Notes under the pieces: model-generated
Seen by the model: only the letters and a program-made list of their open reading frames with translations
Told to the model about the DNA's origin: nothing
The model's database searches: none
NCBI GenBank assembly: GCA_045592425.1
Contig: JAZNUT010000018.1
Span: 5,108-69,107, forward strand
DNA: 64,000 bases
DNA from: Candidatus Egerieisoma sp.
Lineage (GTDB): Bacteria > Bacteroidota > Bacteroidia > Bacteroidales > UBA932
Direction: 5' to 3'
Shown here: piece by piece, positions 19,418 to 27,621 of the stretch
Layout of the letters: each line of letters starts with the position of its first letter
Numbering within the stretch: position 1 is the stretch's first letter
Position numbers and translations under genes: made by a program

Positions 19418-21124
19418 ATGAGCTTTAAATTTTCTGAGGTATTCCAGCCCAAATTATTTGAGCTATTCAAAAAAGGAAACTACAATAAACAGACCTTTAC
19501 AGCAGACCTCATTGCGGGTGTTATTGTAGGTATCATTGCACTTCCTTTGGCAATCGCATTTGGTATTGCCAGTGGAGTATCACCACAACAAGGTCTTATA
19601 ACTGCAGTGGTTGCAGGTTTCCTTGTATCCTTCTTTGGAGGATCAAACTTCCTTATTGGAGGTCCTACAGGAGCATTCATTGTAATTGTCTATGGAATTG
19701 TTGCCCAATACGGCATTTCAGGACTTATCGTTGCCACAGTTCTGGCAGGTATTATTCTGGTGCTGATGGGTATATTCAAATTGGGAAGTATCATCAAATT
19801 CATCCCATACCCAATTGTAGTTGGATTTACCAGCGGTATTGCGGTGGTAATCTTCTCCACACAGGTAAAGGACTTCCTTGGACTTACAATTGAGAACCTT
19901 CCAAGTGAGTTCATACCACAGTGGAGTGCATACTTCTCACACATTGCAACATTCAGACTTCACGAGTTCCTTTTGAGCCTGGGTTGTTTGCTTGTAATCA
20001 TCTTCTGGCCTAAAGTAACCAACAAAGTTCCAGGTTCACTTATTGCCATTATCCTTGGAACAGCTGCTTCAATCCTCCTTACAAAATTTGGAGTTGTTGA
20101 GTTTGCAACTATCGGGAGCAAATTCCCTGAACTTGCAAATGGCATAGAGGTTCCAAAACCTGTGGCACCACACATTACCTGGGATACAGTTCAGAATATG
20201 TTCCAGCCTGCATTTACAATTGCCCTTTTGTGTGCTATTGAGTCTTTGCTTGCTGCAATGGTGGCAGATGGTGTAACCGGCAAAAAACACAACTCAAACA
20301 CAGAGCTTATAGGACAGGGTATAGCAAATATCATTACCCCATTCTTTGGTGGTATCCCTGCTACAGGTGCTTTGGCAAGAACAATGGCAAACATAAACAA
20401 CGGTGGAAAAACTCCGGTTGCCGGTCTTGTACACGCAGTTGTACTGTTGCTTATCTTCCTCTTCCTAATGCCTTATGCAGTGTATATCCCTCTTGGATGT
20501 CTTGCAGCAATCCTTGTAATGGTTGCATACAACATGAGTGAGTGGAGAACATTCAAATACTTGTTGAAAGGAAACAAGACAGACGTTGCGGTACTGCTTA
20601 TCACCTTCTTCCTAACTGTAATCATTGACCTTACAGTAGCAATTGAGGTTGGTCTTGTACTTGCAATCATCCTGTTTGTAAAACGTATCTCAGAGACCTC
20701 TTCAATCAAGGTACTGGATGGCGAGACAGTTCCAGGTACAGAGAACGACGAGATTGCAATGCTTGCAGACACAGAACATCTTGATGTAGAGCAAGGCGTT
20801 GAGATATATGAGATTGACGGTCCTTTCTTCTTTGGACTTGCCAGCAAACTCGACGAGATTGACCACGTACGCAACGCCGAGATTAAAGTGCGAATCATCC
20901 GTATGAGAAAAGTACCTTTCATGGACTCAACAGGATTGAACAACTTGCGCAGTTTGTGGAAACGCTCATCAAAAGATGGTGTACAGATAATCCTTAGCGG
21001 TGTGAATGACAATGTCCTTGCATACCTTAACAAGGTGGGCTTTGCACAGGAACTTGGCAAAGAGTACATCTTCCCTCACATCATCCCTGCCGTAGCCAAG
21101 GCAAATGAATTGAGCAGGAAATAA
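19418..21124 (+). CDS. SulP-family anion permease with C-terminal STAS domain
   Basis: SulP signature region (DLIAGVIVGIIALPLAIAFGIASGVSPQQGL) and a STAS tail (YEIDGPFFFG...RMRKVPFMDSTGL). Confidence 0.9.
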   Translation: MSFKFSEVFQPKLFELFKKGNYNKQTFTADLIAGVIVGIIALPLAIAFGIASGVSPQQGLITAVVAGFLVSFFGGSNFLIGGPTGAFIVIVYGIVAQYGISGLIVATVLAGIILVLMGIFKLGSIIKFIPYPIVVGFTSGIAVVIFSTQVKDFLGLTIENLPSEFIPQWSAYFSHIATFRLHEFLLSLGCLLVIIFWPKVTNKVPGSLIAIILGTAASILLTKFGVVEFATIGSKFPELANGIEVPKPVAPHITWDTVQNMFQPAFTIALLCAIESLLAAMVADGVTGKKHNSNTELIGQGIANIITPFFGGIPATGALARTMANINNGGKTPVAGLVHAVVLLLIFLFLMPYAVYIPLGCLAAILVMVAYNMSEWRTFKYLLKGNKTDVAVLLITFFLTVIIDLTVAIEVGLVLAIILFVKRISETSSIKVLDGETVPGTENDEIAMLADTEHLDVEQGVEIYEIDGPFFFGLASKLDEIDHVRNAEIKVRIIRMRKVPFMDSTGLNNLRSLWKRSSKDGVQIILSGVNDNVLAYLNKVGFAQELGKEYIFPHIIPAVAKANELSRK

Positions 21125-21154
21125 GCCTGAAAGCGCTCCCTGCGTGAGCAGTAA

Positions 21155-21188
21155 TAAAAAAGCCACTCCTTTAGTGAGTGGCTTTTTT
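21155..21188 (+). terminator. bidirectional-looking rho-independent terminator after the SulP gene
   Basis: AAAAAAGCCACTC-CTTTAGT-GAGTGGCTTTTTT. Confidence 0.85.
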
Positions 21189-21197
21189 ATTATGACT

Positions 21198-21340
21198 CAC
21201 TTAACTTTGTGCAAAAATTGGCCTCTGATTGCGCAAACATTTGTTCTCCACTTAACTTTGTGCAGAAAATGGCGTTATACTGCACAAACTTCAACACACA
21301 ACGCAACTTTGTGCAGGAAATGACTTATTTTTGCACAAAC
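21198..21340. repeat. three tandem 51-bp units, each containing the inverted repeat CTTTGTGCA-N16-TGC(G/A)CAAAC
   Basis: CTTTGTGCA occurs at 21205, 21256 and 21307. TGCGCAAAC/TGCACAAAC occurs at 21230, 21281 and 21332. The period is exactly 51 bp. Confidence 0.85.
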
Positions 21341-21353
21341 AGAGAACAAACTG

Positions 21354-22343
21354 ATGGGAAAATTCACACTAATAGCATCAATGATAGCCGGACTGCTGCT
21401 GGCACTCGTCCCTAACCTGATGTGGGTTATCGGGAAGATAATAGCACTTCTGGCACATAAAAGACTCCCCTATGCCCCATTTGGCTGGAGCGGAGTTGCC
21501 CTTGCACTGCTGCTTTGGGGATGTGTGGCATACGGCTATTATTACGGCCGCTGGGGGCTTGAAGTGAAAAATATGGAATATTCCCACCCCCAGATTCCAA
21601 CCCCGTTCAAAGGGTTTAAAATAGTGCACATATCAGACCTGCACCTCTCCACATTTGATGACAATCCTTCCAAACTGCAGCGTATCATAGATACCATAAA
21701 CGCACAGGATGCAGACCTGATTTGCTTTACCGGGGATATGGTAACACTTGGTACCAGCGAGGCCAGACCATACACCCAGATGCTTCAGGGATTAAAAGCC
21801 ACCTACGGAGTGGCCTCAGTACTGGGCAACCACGACATGCTCATCTACGGAAACCGCTTTGGAGGAGATACCACCGCACAGGCAACAGCAGTAGAAGAAT
21901 TTGCAGACTACCAGAGAGAAGAGCTCAGTTGGCATCTTTTACGCAACACCAGCTTCCCGATAGTTAAAGATTCCTGCAAGATTACCATCCTGGGAGTAGA
22001 TAACAAAAGCTGTACAAATCAGGGATTCAGAAGCACAAACACCGGAGACCTGGATGCTGCAATGGCCGGAACAGACGGCTTCTGCATCCTCCTCTCCCAC
22101 GACCCTACCCACTGGAGTGCTGAGGTTGTACCACAAACAGACATCCCTTTAACCCTCTCAGGCCACACCCACGCAGCCCAAATCAAACTCTTTGGATTTA
22201 CCCCTGCATCATGGGCCTTCAAGCACACCCACGGCCTATACGAGCAGGATGGCCAGACCCTATACATTAACATTGGCCTCGGCTGCACCGCCCCGGTAAG
22301 AATTGGCGCCACACCGGAGGTGACGGTGATTACTTTCGTCTAA
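21354..22343 (+). CDS. membrane-anchored calcineurin-like metallophosphoesterase
   Basis: N-terminal TM helices followed by the motifs HISDLH, GDMV, GNHD and GHTH. Confidence 0.85.
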   Translation: MGKFTLIASMIAGLLLALVPNLMWVIGKIIALLAHKRLPYAPFGWSGVALALLLWGCVAYGYYYGRWGLEVKNMEYSHPQIPTPFKGFKIVHISDLHLSTFDDNPSKLQRIIDTINAQDADLICFTGDMVTLGTSEARPYTQMLQGLKATYGVASVLGNHDMLIYGNRFGGDTTAQATAVEEFADYQREELSWHLLRNTSFPIVKDSCKITILGVDNKSCTNQGFRSTNTGDLDAAMAGTDGFCILLSHDPTHWSAEVVPQTDIPLTLSGHTHAAQIKLFGFTPASWAFKHTHGLYEQDGQTLYINIGLGCTAPVRIGATPEVTVITFV

Positions 22344-23037
22344 GCTCATCCAAATAAGCAGACGTGATAATGCCGGACGGGAGAGCAATCAGAGCAATTC
22401 CAACAACGGCAGAAATCATACTGATAATCCTGCCTGTAGTGGTAATGGGATAAACATCACCATATCCCACTGTGGTAAGGGTACACGCAGCCCAATAGAT
22501 AGCATCAAAAAAAGACTCAATCATTGGTTCACCATCAACATTGAAAATGAGCAAAGCCGTACAGAATACATAAAAAATTGCGAGGACAAGAACAGTAGCC
22601 AGAGTCTTAGCCTCCTGCCTTATAACCCTTATCATTATCTGCAAAGGGGGATAATATCTAAGGAACTTCACCACCCTGAGGATCTTGGTCAGTCTGGCAA
22701 TTCTAAGGAGTTTGAATGACGGATTAAGCAAACTGAGTGTAGGCAAAATTGATAACAGATCCACAATAGCCCACCCGTTAAGAGGATAAGTTACAAATGC
22801 CATCACCTTGCTCTTGTTTGATCTCAAATCTGCTGTAAACCACCTGAGCAAATAATCTGCAACAAAGACAATACAGCAGAAAACATCTATTACATCAAAC
22901 CAATAATTATGTACCCTAAACATCAAAGGAAAAATGCTAAGGCAAATAATAACAAGCATGAACCAATCATAAACTCTGCTTAAAAAATCATCCTTGCTTG
23001 GTTCAATTATCAAATTAATTCTGCTTCTGAAATCCAT
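22330..23037 (-). CDS. voltage-sensor-containing K+ channel (6TM, no cytoplasmic domains)
   Basis: S4-like RIARLTKILRVVKFLR and selectivity filter TTVGYGD. It overlaps the convergent upstream gene by 14 nt. Confidence 0.85.
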   Translation of the reverse strand: MDFRSRINLIIEPSKDDFLSRVYDWFMLVIICLSIFPLMFRVHNYWFDVIDVFCCIVFVADYLLRWFTADLRSNKSKVMAFVTYPLNGWAIVDLLSILPTLSLLNPSFKLLRIARLTKILRVVKFLRYYPPLQIMIRVIRQEAKTLATVLVLAIFYVFCTALLIFNVDGEPMIESFFDAIYWAACTLTTVGYGDVYPITTTGRIISMISAVVGIALIALPSGIITSAYLDELRRK

Positions 23038-23071
23038 AATAAAAAACCATTAAAAGGTAAGATGAAATAGT

Positions 23072-23464
23072 TTATTTTACAAGAAGAATATCTGTAAACT
23101 CTCTGGGTAAAACAACATTCTCCATTCCAACAGCTTCTGAAAATAGAGGTGCAATCTCCCCTATTGTAAAGCCGGCTATACCGCAGCCTATCTTGGTAAC
23201 GAGGAAAGTGTATTCTGGATGTTTAGAGGCAAACTCTATAAACTCATCTACATATGGCTTAATCTCATCTGTGCCGCCATGCATTGTTGGGATAGCATAA
23301 CAATGCCCCTGCAGGCCAACTCTTTGCCCCCAAATCGCACCAAATTTATTGTATGCTACTCGTGCTGCTCCTCCTCCATGAGCTCCAGCCAAATTGCTGC
23401 CAAAGACAAAAATTTCATTGTCTTTAAGTTCTGTAATCATCTCTGGCGTATATCTACTATTCAT
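23072..23464 (-). CDS. small conserved protein of unknown function (resembles the phage-associated A1S_2505-type family)
   Basis: Motifs VFGSNLAGAHGGGAA, GLQGHCYAIPT and TKIGCGIAG. The family assignment is from memory only. Confidence 0.4.
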   Translation of the reverse strand: MNSRYTPEMITELKDNEIFVFGSNLAGAHGGGAARVAYNKFGAIWGQRVGLQGHCYAIPTMHGGTDEIKPYVDEFIEFASKHPEYTFLVTKIGCGIAGFTIGEIAPLFSEAVGMENVVLPREFTDILLVK

Positions 23465-23511
23465 AACTGTAATTGTTTAACATCTATACAAAAGTACTAT
23501 CAAGTAAACCT

Positions 23512-24264
23512 CTATTCTACCCAAAACATCCCCAATCCGTCTTTGCAGATGGTGTCCCCTTCATTCACAGTAATGAAACCGTCGGGACCAAGAAGGGAAA
23601 GCATAGAAAAGCCCATACAAATATATGGGGCAAGTATCTTGTCTCCGCAGAATTCCTTTACCTGGGGGAAATTCAGGCCTGTGTACTGTATCTTCCCGAC
23701 AGCCTCGAGATGGATACACTGCATATGGTGCATTTTATGCCCAAAGAAAAGCTTTTCCCCTACCGGATGGAATCCACATCCCCGATAAAGCTCCGATGCC
23801 CCAGAGTTCTCAAAATCCACAATCAGCCCCACCTTGCTGCAACCAAGCACAAACCCCTTGCCGGCCATTGCCATAAGCAAGCGTTTTCCTACACCACAAC
23901 CACGGAACTGGGGCAATACCCCCAATGAGTCTATATAGAATTCCCCCGCCTGGGTTTCATCCTCAATTACCGCCAAAGCCTTATTGTATTTCCTCACTAT
24001 TGAAAGTGTCCCTTTACGCAAGGTCTCAAGTTTTGCACCGTCATAGCCTACAACAGCTCCTGCCGCCACGCCGTCAACTTCCGCAACAAGGGCATTCATA
24101 TAGCTGTATTGGGTATCCGTAGCAGTTGCCACCTCTTCCAATACTTTCAGATATCCGTCCCCGCAATACTCCACAACACTCTCCTCCCCAATTGCCATTG
24201 CTAACGCCTGGGCTATAATTGCAGCATCATCAGCCGTTGCCGGTCTTATTTTTATACTTTCCAT
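23512..24264 (-). CDS. GNAT N-acetyltransferase with ~70-aa C-terminal extension
   Basis: Acetyl-CoA motif LPQFRGCGVGKRLL. The C-terminal tail (CIHLEAVGKIQYTG...WVE) lies outside the GNAT fold. Confidence 0.75.
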   Translation of the reverse strand: MESIKIRPATADDAAIIAQALAMAIGEESVVEYCGDGYLKVLEEVATATDTQYSYMNALVAEVDGVAAGAVVGYDGAKLETLRKGTLSIVRKYNKALAVIEDETQAGEFYIDSLGVLPQFRGCGVGKRLLMAMAGKGFVLGCSKVGLIVDFENSGASELYRGCGFHPVGEKLFFGHKMHHMQCIHLEAVGKIQYTGLNFPQVKEFCGDKILAPYICMGFSMLSLLGPDGFITVNEGDTICKDGLGMFWVE

Positions 24265-24299
24265 ATGCAGTTACCGAGAGATTAAATGAAGAACAAAGA

Positions 24300-25238
24300 T
24301 TAAATAAAGAACAACGACACTCCCGCAACACTTATAACAGCTCCAATAACCTCTTTAAGTGTTACTTTCTGATTAAAAATGAGGTGTGCAGGCCAAAGGA
24401 TGAATACTGGAGTAAGTGCCATAAGGGTTGATGCAATCCCTGCCTCTGTATAGCGGACAGCCATAAGTGAGAGGGATACTCCAATAAACGGGCCTGTAAA
24501 GGTTGCCCAGAATGCGGCATTCATCCCCTTTCTGTCTTTTGCCGCCACGGCAAGGGTTCCCAGTTTCTTCTGAAATATCATTACCCCCAGAAAACCCAAT
24601 GCTCCGGTAACCGCCCTTATGAATGTGGAGGCAAATGGGAGCATATCTGCAACGGCACTCTCTGTAACTGGCACAGAAGCTTCATAGAAGTTCATTCCCA
24701 CTTTACTGAGCACCAAACCTATTCCCTGCCCCACTCCTGCTCCTATCCCCAATAAAACCCCTTTTAGAGGAAGTTTGAGGGAGAGTTTGCCTTTTCCATC
24801 AGCTCCACCTTTATTGAGGACAGAAATGCCAATTCCGGTAAGTGTTACCAGCATACCCAGAACTCCCTGCAACTGCATCTTTTCCCCAAGGATAATCCAA
24901 CCTGCAATGGCTGCCGTAGGGGGAGCCAATGTCATAAAGAGCTGTCCGAATCTTGAGCCTATGATTATATAAGAATTGAAGAGGCAATAATCGCCAAGGA
25001 TATAACCTACAAATCCCGAGAGTGATAGCCACAGCCATGCTTTACCGGAGGCATAAAGGGGAAATGGAGCACCTGTCACAATCCATAGCGTTGCACCCAA
25101 GAAGAGCAATGAGAGCACCATTCTAATGACATTAAGTTGCAAGGAGCCTATCCTTTTGCTCCCTATCTCCGCAAACAATGCTGTAATTGTCCACGAGCAT
25201 GCTACCCCAAGAGAAATTATCTCACCTATATATTGCAT
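24300..25238 (-). CDS. EamA/DMT-family transporter
   Basis: 10-TM hydrophobic profile with duplicated EamA halves. Confidence 0.75.
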   Translation of the reverse strand: MQYIGEIISLGVACSWTITALFAEIGSKRIGSLQLNVIRMVLSLLFLGATLWIVTGAPFPLYASGKAWLWLSLSGFVGYILGDYCLFNSYIIIGSRFGQLFMTLAPPTAAIAGWIILGEKMQLQGVLGMLVTLTGIGISVLNKGGADGKGKLSLKLPLKGVLLGIGAGVGQGIGLVLSKVGMNFYEASVPVTESAVADMLPFASTFIRAVTGALGFLGVMIFQKKLGTLAVAAKDRKGMNAAFWATFTGPFIGVSLSLMAVRYTEAGIASTLMALTPVFILWPAHLIFNQKVTLKEVIGAVISVAGVSLFFI

Positions 25239-25245
25239 ATAATTC

Positions 25246-25683
25246 TTATTGCCCTGATTTTTTAAAAATCAGTTTATCAGTAATTAAAAAGTTCACCAAA
25301 CCTGCCAAAATTCTGCTTACAGTATTGATTATTACCAGATTTCCACCGTCCCATAACTTTTCAAACGCCATAACCAACAGCACTCTTATTACAAAAATAC
25401 TCACATTGGAAACATTGTAGGCAGCCAGACGGGTCCAGAATTCCCTGCTGCTTCCCGACGACAACCTGTCATTCCAAATAAAAAACCAACTGCACACAAA
25501 CCCCACAACTATAGAGCATTCATAAGAGATTACAGGAGACACCACAACCTGCCCAGTATATCCTCCAAATACAAATTTGGTAAGTACCCATACAAGTGAA
25601 ATATCTACAGTTCCGGCTATGAGCCCTACCCCTGCAAACTTGATGAAACGCACCAGCGTACTGTCTCCTTTAAAAAGCCCCAT
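25246..25683 (-). CDS. GtrA-family membrane protein
   Basis: 145 aa, 4 TM, with N-terminus RFIKFAGVGLIAGTVD typical of GtrA. Confidence 0.75.
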   Translation of the reverse strand: MGLFKGDSTLVRFIKFAGVGLIAGTVDISLVWVLTKFVFGGYTGQVVVSPVISYECSIVVGFVCSWFFIWNDRLSSGSSREFWTRLAAYNVSNVSIFVIRVLLVMAFEKLWDGGNLVIINTVSRILAGLVNFLITDKLIFKKSGQ

Positions 25684-25686
25684 ACC

Positions 25687-27075
25687 TTATACCAGAAACA
25701 AAAATCCAAGTATTACAATAATGGCCACTACAAACAAATCTATAAGACAATAGCCCATAATATCCTTTGCGTTAAGTTTTGCTATTGCAAGTGCCGGAAG
25801 GGCCCAGAACGGCTGGATAAGGTTTGTCCACGCATCACCATAAGCAATTGCCATACCTGTAACTGCAGGCTCAACACCAAGCTGCACACCGGCTGGAAGC
25901 ATGATTGGAGCCTGTACAGCCCATTGTCCACCACCACTTGGCACAAATACATTAACTATACCGGCACTAAGGAAACTGAGCATAGGGAATGTGGTTTCAT
26001 TGGAAATGGCAACACAAGCCTGGCTGATCTGCCCTGCAAGAGAAACACCCTCAGACGAAGCTGATGTCATAATACCCATAATTCCCGCATAGAAAGGGAA
26101 CTGCAGCAAAATTCCCGCAGAAGAGGATGCTGCCTTATTTACTGCCTTAACATATTTGATTGGGGTCTTGTGCAACACTATACCAAGGAACATGAAAAGC
26201 ATAATTACATTATTGAGATCCAAACTTCCCCCCTTAACAAAAATCCTTATAGCAAGGTATCCCAACCCCATCAGAGCTATTATTCCCGACAGCACCGCAC
26301 TGTTGTTAAGTTTCTCACTTGGAGTAAGTTTCCACTCCAATTTGCACTCCTTCTCCCCAATCGCTCCGCACAGTTCCCTCTCCTGCAAATCCTCCTCATC
26401 CCCAAGAAGGGCCGGATCTACTGTGAAAGTTTTGTCGGGAGCAGGATGCATGATTGTATTTACCACTGTAAGGGCAACAATTATTGCAAAGGCAATTATA
26501 AGGTTGTATGTTGCAAAAATAGTCTGGGAAATTGGAATTGCAGAGGTAATTGTACCTCTTGACACCTCTACAAGCGAAGCGCCATCTGTGGCCATTGCCA
26601 AAGGAATTGATGCGGAAAGGCCTGAGTGCCAAACCACAAATCCGCTGTATGCAGATGCTATAAGAAGTCTGTAATCTACACCTTTTACAGCTCTTGCAAT
26701 CTCCTTTGCAAAGATTGCACCCACAATAAGGCCAAAACCCCAGTTGATCCAACAAGCAATTGACGAGACCAAAGTAACTGTTGTAATGGCAGCTGCAGGT
26801 GTTTTAGGAAACGCAGCCATTTTGCGTAAGCACTTCTTAACCAGCGGGGCATCTGCAAGTGCAGAACCACAAACAAGAACAAGGGCCATCTGCATGGAGA
26901 ATGCAAGCAAACTCCATACTCCCCCACCCCAATTCTCAACCACCTCAAGAGGGGTCTGCCCTGTTGAGAAAATTGCTGCCAGAGCAGCCACAATGGTAAG
27001 AATAATTGCAAAAACAAATGGGTCGGGAAGATATTTCCTAATAAGTTTCACCGACAGATTTATCAATTTCTCCAT
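25687..27075 (-). CDS. atoE: short-chain fatty acid transporter (AtoE family)
   Basis: 462 aa with an AtoE-like N-terminus (KYLPDPFVFAIILTIV...) and a polytopic profile. Confidence 0.75.
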   Translation of the reverse strand: MEKLINLSVKLIRKYLPDPFVFAIILTIVAALAAIFSTGQTPLEVVENWGGGVWSLLAFSMQMALVLVCGSALADAPLVKKCLRKMAAFPKTPAAAITTVTLVSSIACWINWGFGLIVGAIFAKEIARAVKGVDYRLLIASAYSGFVVWHSGLSASIPLAMATDGASLVEVSRGTITSAIPISQTIFATYNLIIAFAIIVALTVVNTIMHPAPDKTFTVDPALLGDEEDLQERELCGAIGEKECKLEWKLTPSEKLNNSAVLSGIIALMGLGYLAIRIFVKGGSLDLNNVIMLFMFLGIVLHKTPIKYVKAVNKAASSSAGILLQFPFYAGIMGIMTSASSEGVSLAGQISQACVAISNETTFPMLSFLSAGIVNVFVPSGGGQWAVQAPIMLPAGVQLGVEPAVTGMAIAYGDAWTNLIQPFWALPALAIAKLNAKDIMGYCLIDLFVVAIIVILGFLFLV

Positions 27076-27112
27076 TCTTTATCAAATAAGTTATAATCGT
27101 TTGCAAATGTAT

Positions 27113-27138
27113 AAAAAAAGAGAGGCCGGTGGCCTCTC
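27113..27138 (-). terminator. rho-independent terminator after the His/Cys-rich lipoprotein gene
   Basis: Minus-sense GAGAGGCC-ACC-GGCCTCTC followed by TTTTTTT. Confidence 0.75.
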
Positions 27139-27158
27139 CTGCACAACTTTTTATGCTG

Positions 27159-27506
27159 TTATTTCTGTTCAGCAGCTTTTTTTGCAGCAGCCTCTTTGCA
27201 TTTGTCACACTGTTTGTCTGCAGGTTGGTCACACTCACCACTCTCATGGTTACATTTGTGCTCTCCCTCATTGTGGCTGCACTCATGTTTGGTAGAGTCT
27301 GCAGCGTGGTTGCATTTGTGCTCACCCTCTTTGTGGCTGCACTCGTGTTTGGTAGAATCTGCAGCGTGTTTGCATTTGTGCTCTCCCTCTTTATGGTTGC
27401 AAACATGCTCAGTAGCCTTTGTCTCAACCGCATCTTCGTTTGAGTTTGAATTGCCACATGCAGCAAATGCAAATGCTACTGCAGCCATAAGCAATAGTTT
27501 TTTCAT
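27159..27506 (-). CDS. small lipoprotein with three tandem His/Cys-rich 20-aa repeats
   Basis: Signal plus lipobox MKKLLLMAAVAFAFAAC. Repeats are H(V/E)C(N/S)HKEGEHKC(K/N)HAADSTK x2 plus a third partial copy, followed by CDQPADKQCDKC. The track start at 27539 lies upstream of the signal peptide, so ATG at 27506 is preferred. Confidence 0.65.
   Translation of the reverse strand: MKKLLLMAAVAFAFAACGNSNSNEDAVETKATEHVCNHKEGEHKCKHAADSTKHECSHKEGEHKCNHAADSTKHECSHNEGEHKCNHESGECDQPADKQCDKCKEAAAKKAAEQK
27251..27410. repeat. tandem 60-bp coding repeats inside the lipoprotein gene
   Basis: Units begin at 27251, 27311 and 27371 (T(A/G)CATTTGTGCTC...), are near-identical, and keep the reading frame (20 codons). 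Confidence 0.85.
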
Positions 27507-27556
27507 ATCTTGTATATATTTAGTTATGTTAATATGCAATCCTGGGCAAATTTAGT

Positions 27557-27588
27557 AAAAAAAAGAGAGCAGCAAAATTGCTGCTCTC
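27557..27588 (-). terminator. rho-independent terminator ending the lysine/butyrate operon
   Basis: Minus-sense GAGAGCAGCA-ATTT-TGCTGCTCTC followed by TTTTTTTT, 34 nt after the etfA stop. Confidence 0.85.
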
Positions 27589-27621
27589 CAAAATATTCAA
27601 ATGTAACTTAAAGCTACACAA

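Noticed and set aside
21209-21415. 68-aa ORF with repeated NFVQ(K/E)M..(Y/F)CTN peptide
   Set aside because: The repeated peptide is a by-product of the 51-bp DNA repeats. The ORF runs into the start of the phosphoesterase gene in another frame. I treat the region as non-coding repeats.
21198-27410. Possible CRISPR array (51-bp repeats at 21198-21340; 60-bp repeats at 27251-27410)
   Set aside because: There are only three units each, the units are contiguous with no unique spacers, and one set is in-frame coding sequence. No cas genes are in the window.
27129-27555. Plus-strand ORFs (104 aa and 119 aa) opposite the His/Cys-rich lipoprotein gene
   Set aside because: Their repeats are only the reverse-complement reading of the 60-bp repeats. 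The minus-strand frame has a proper signal peptide, lipobox and its own terminator.
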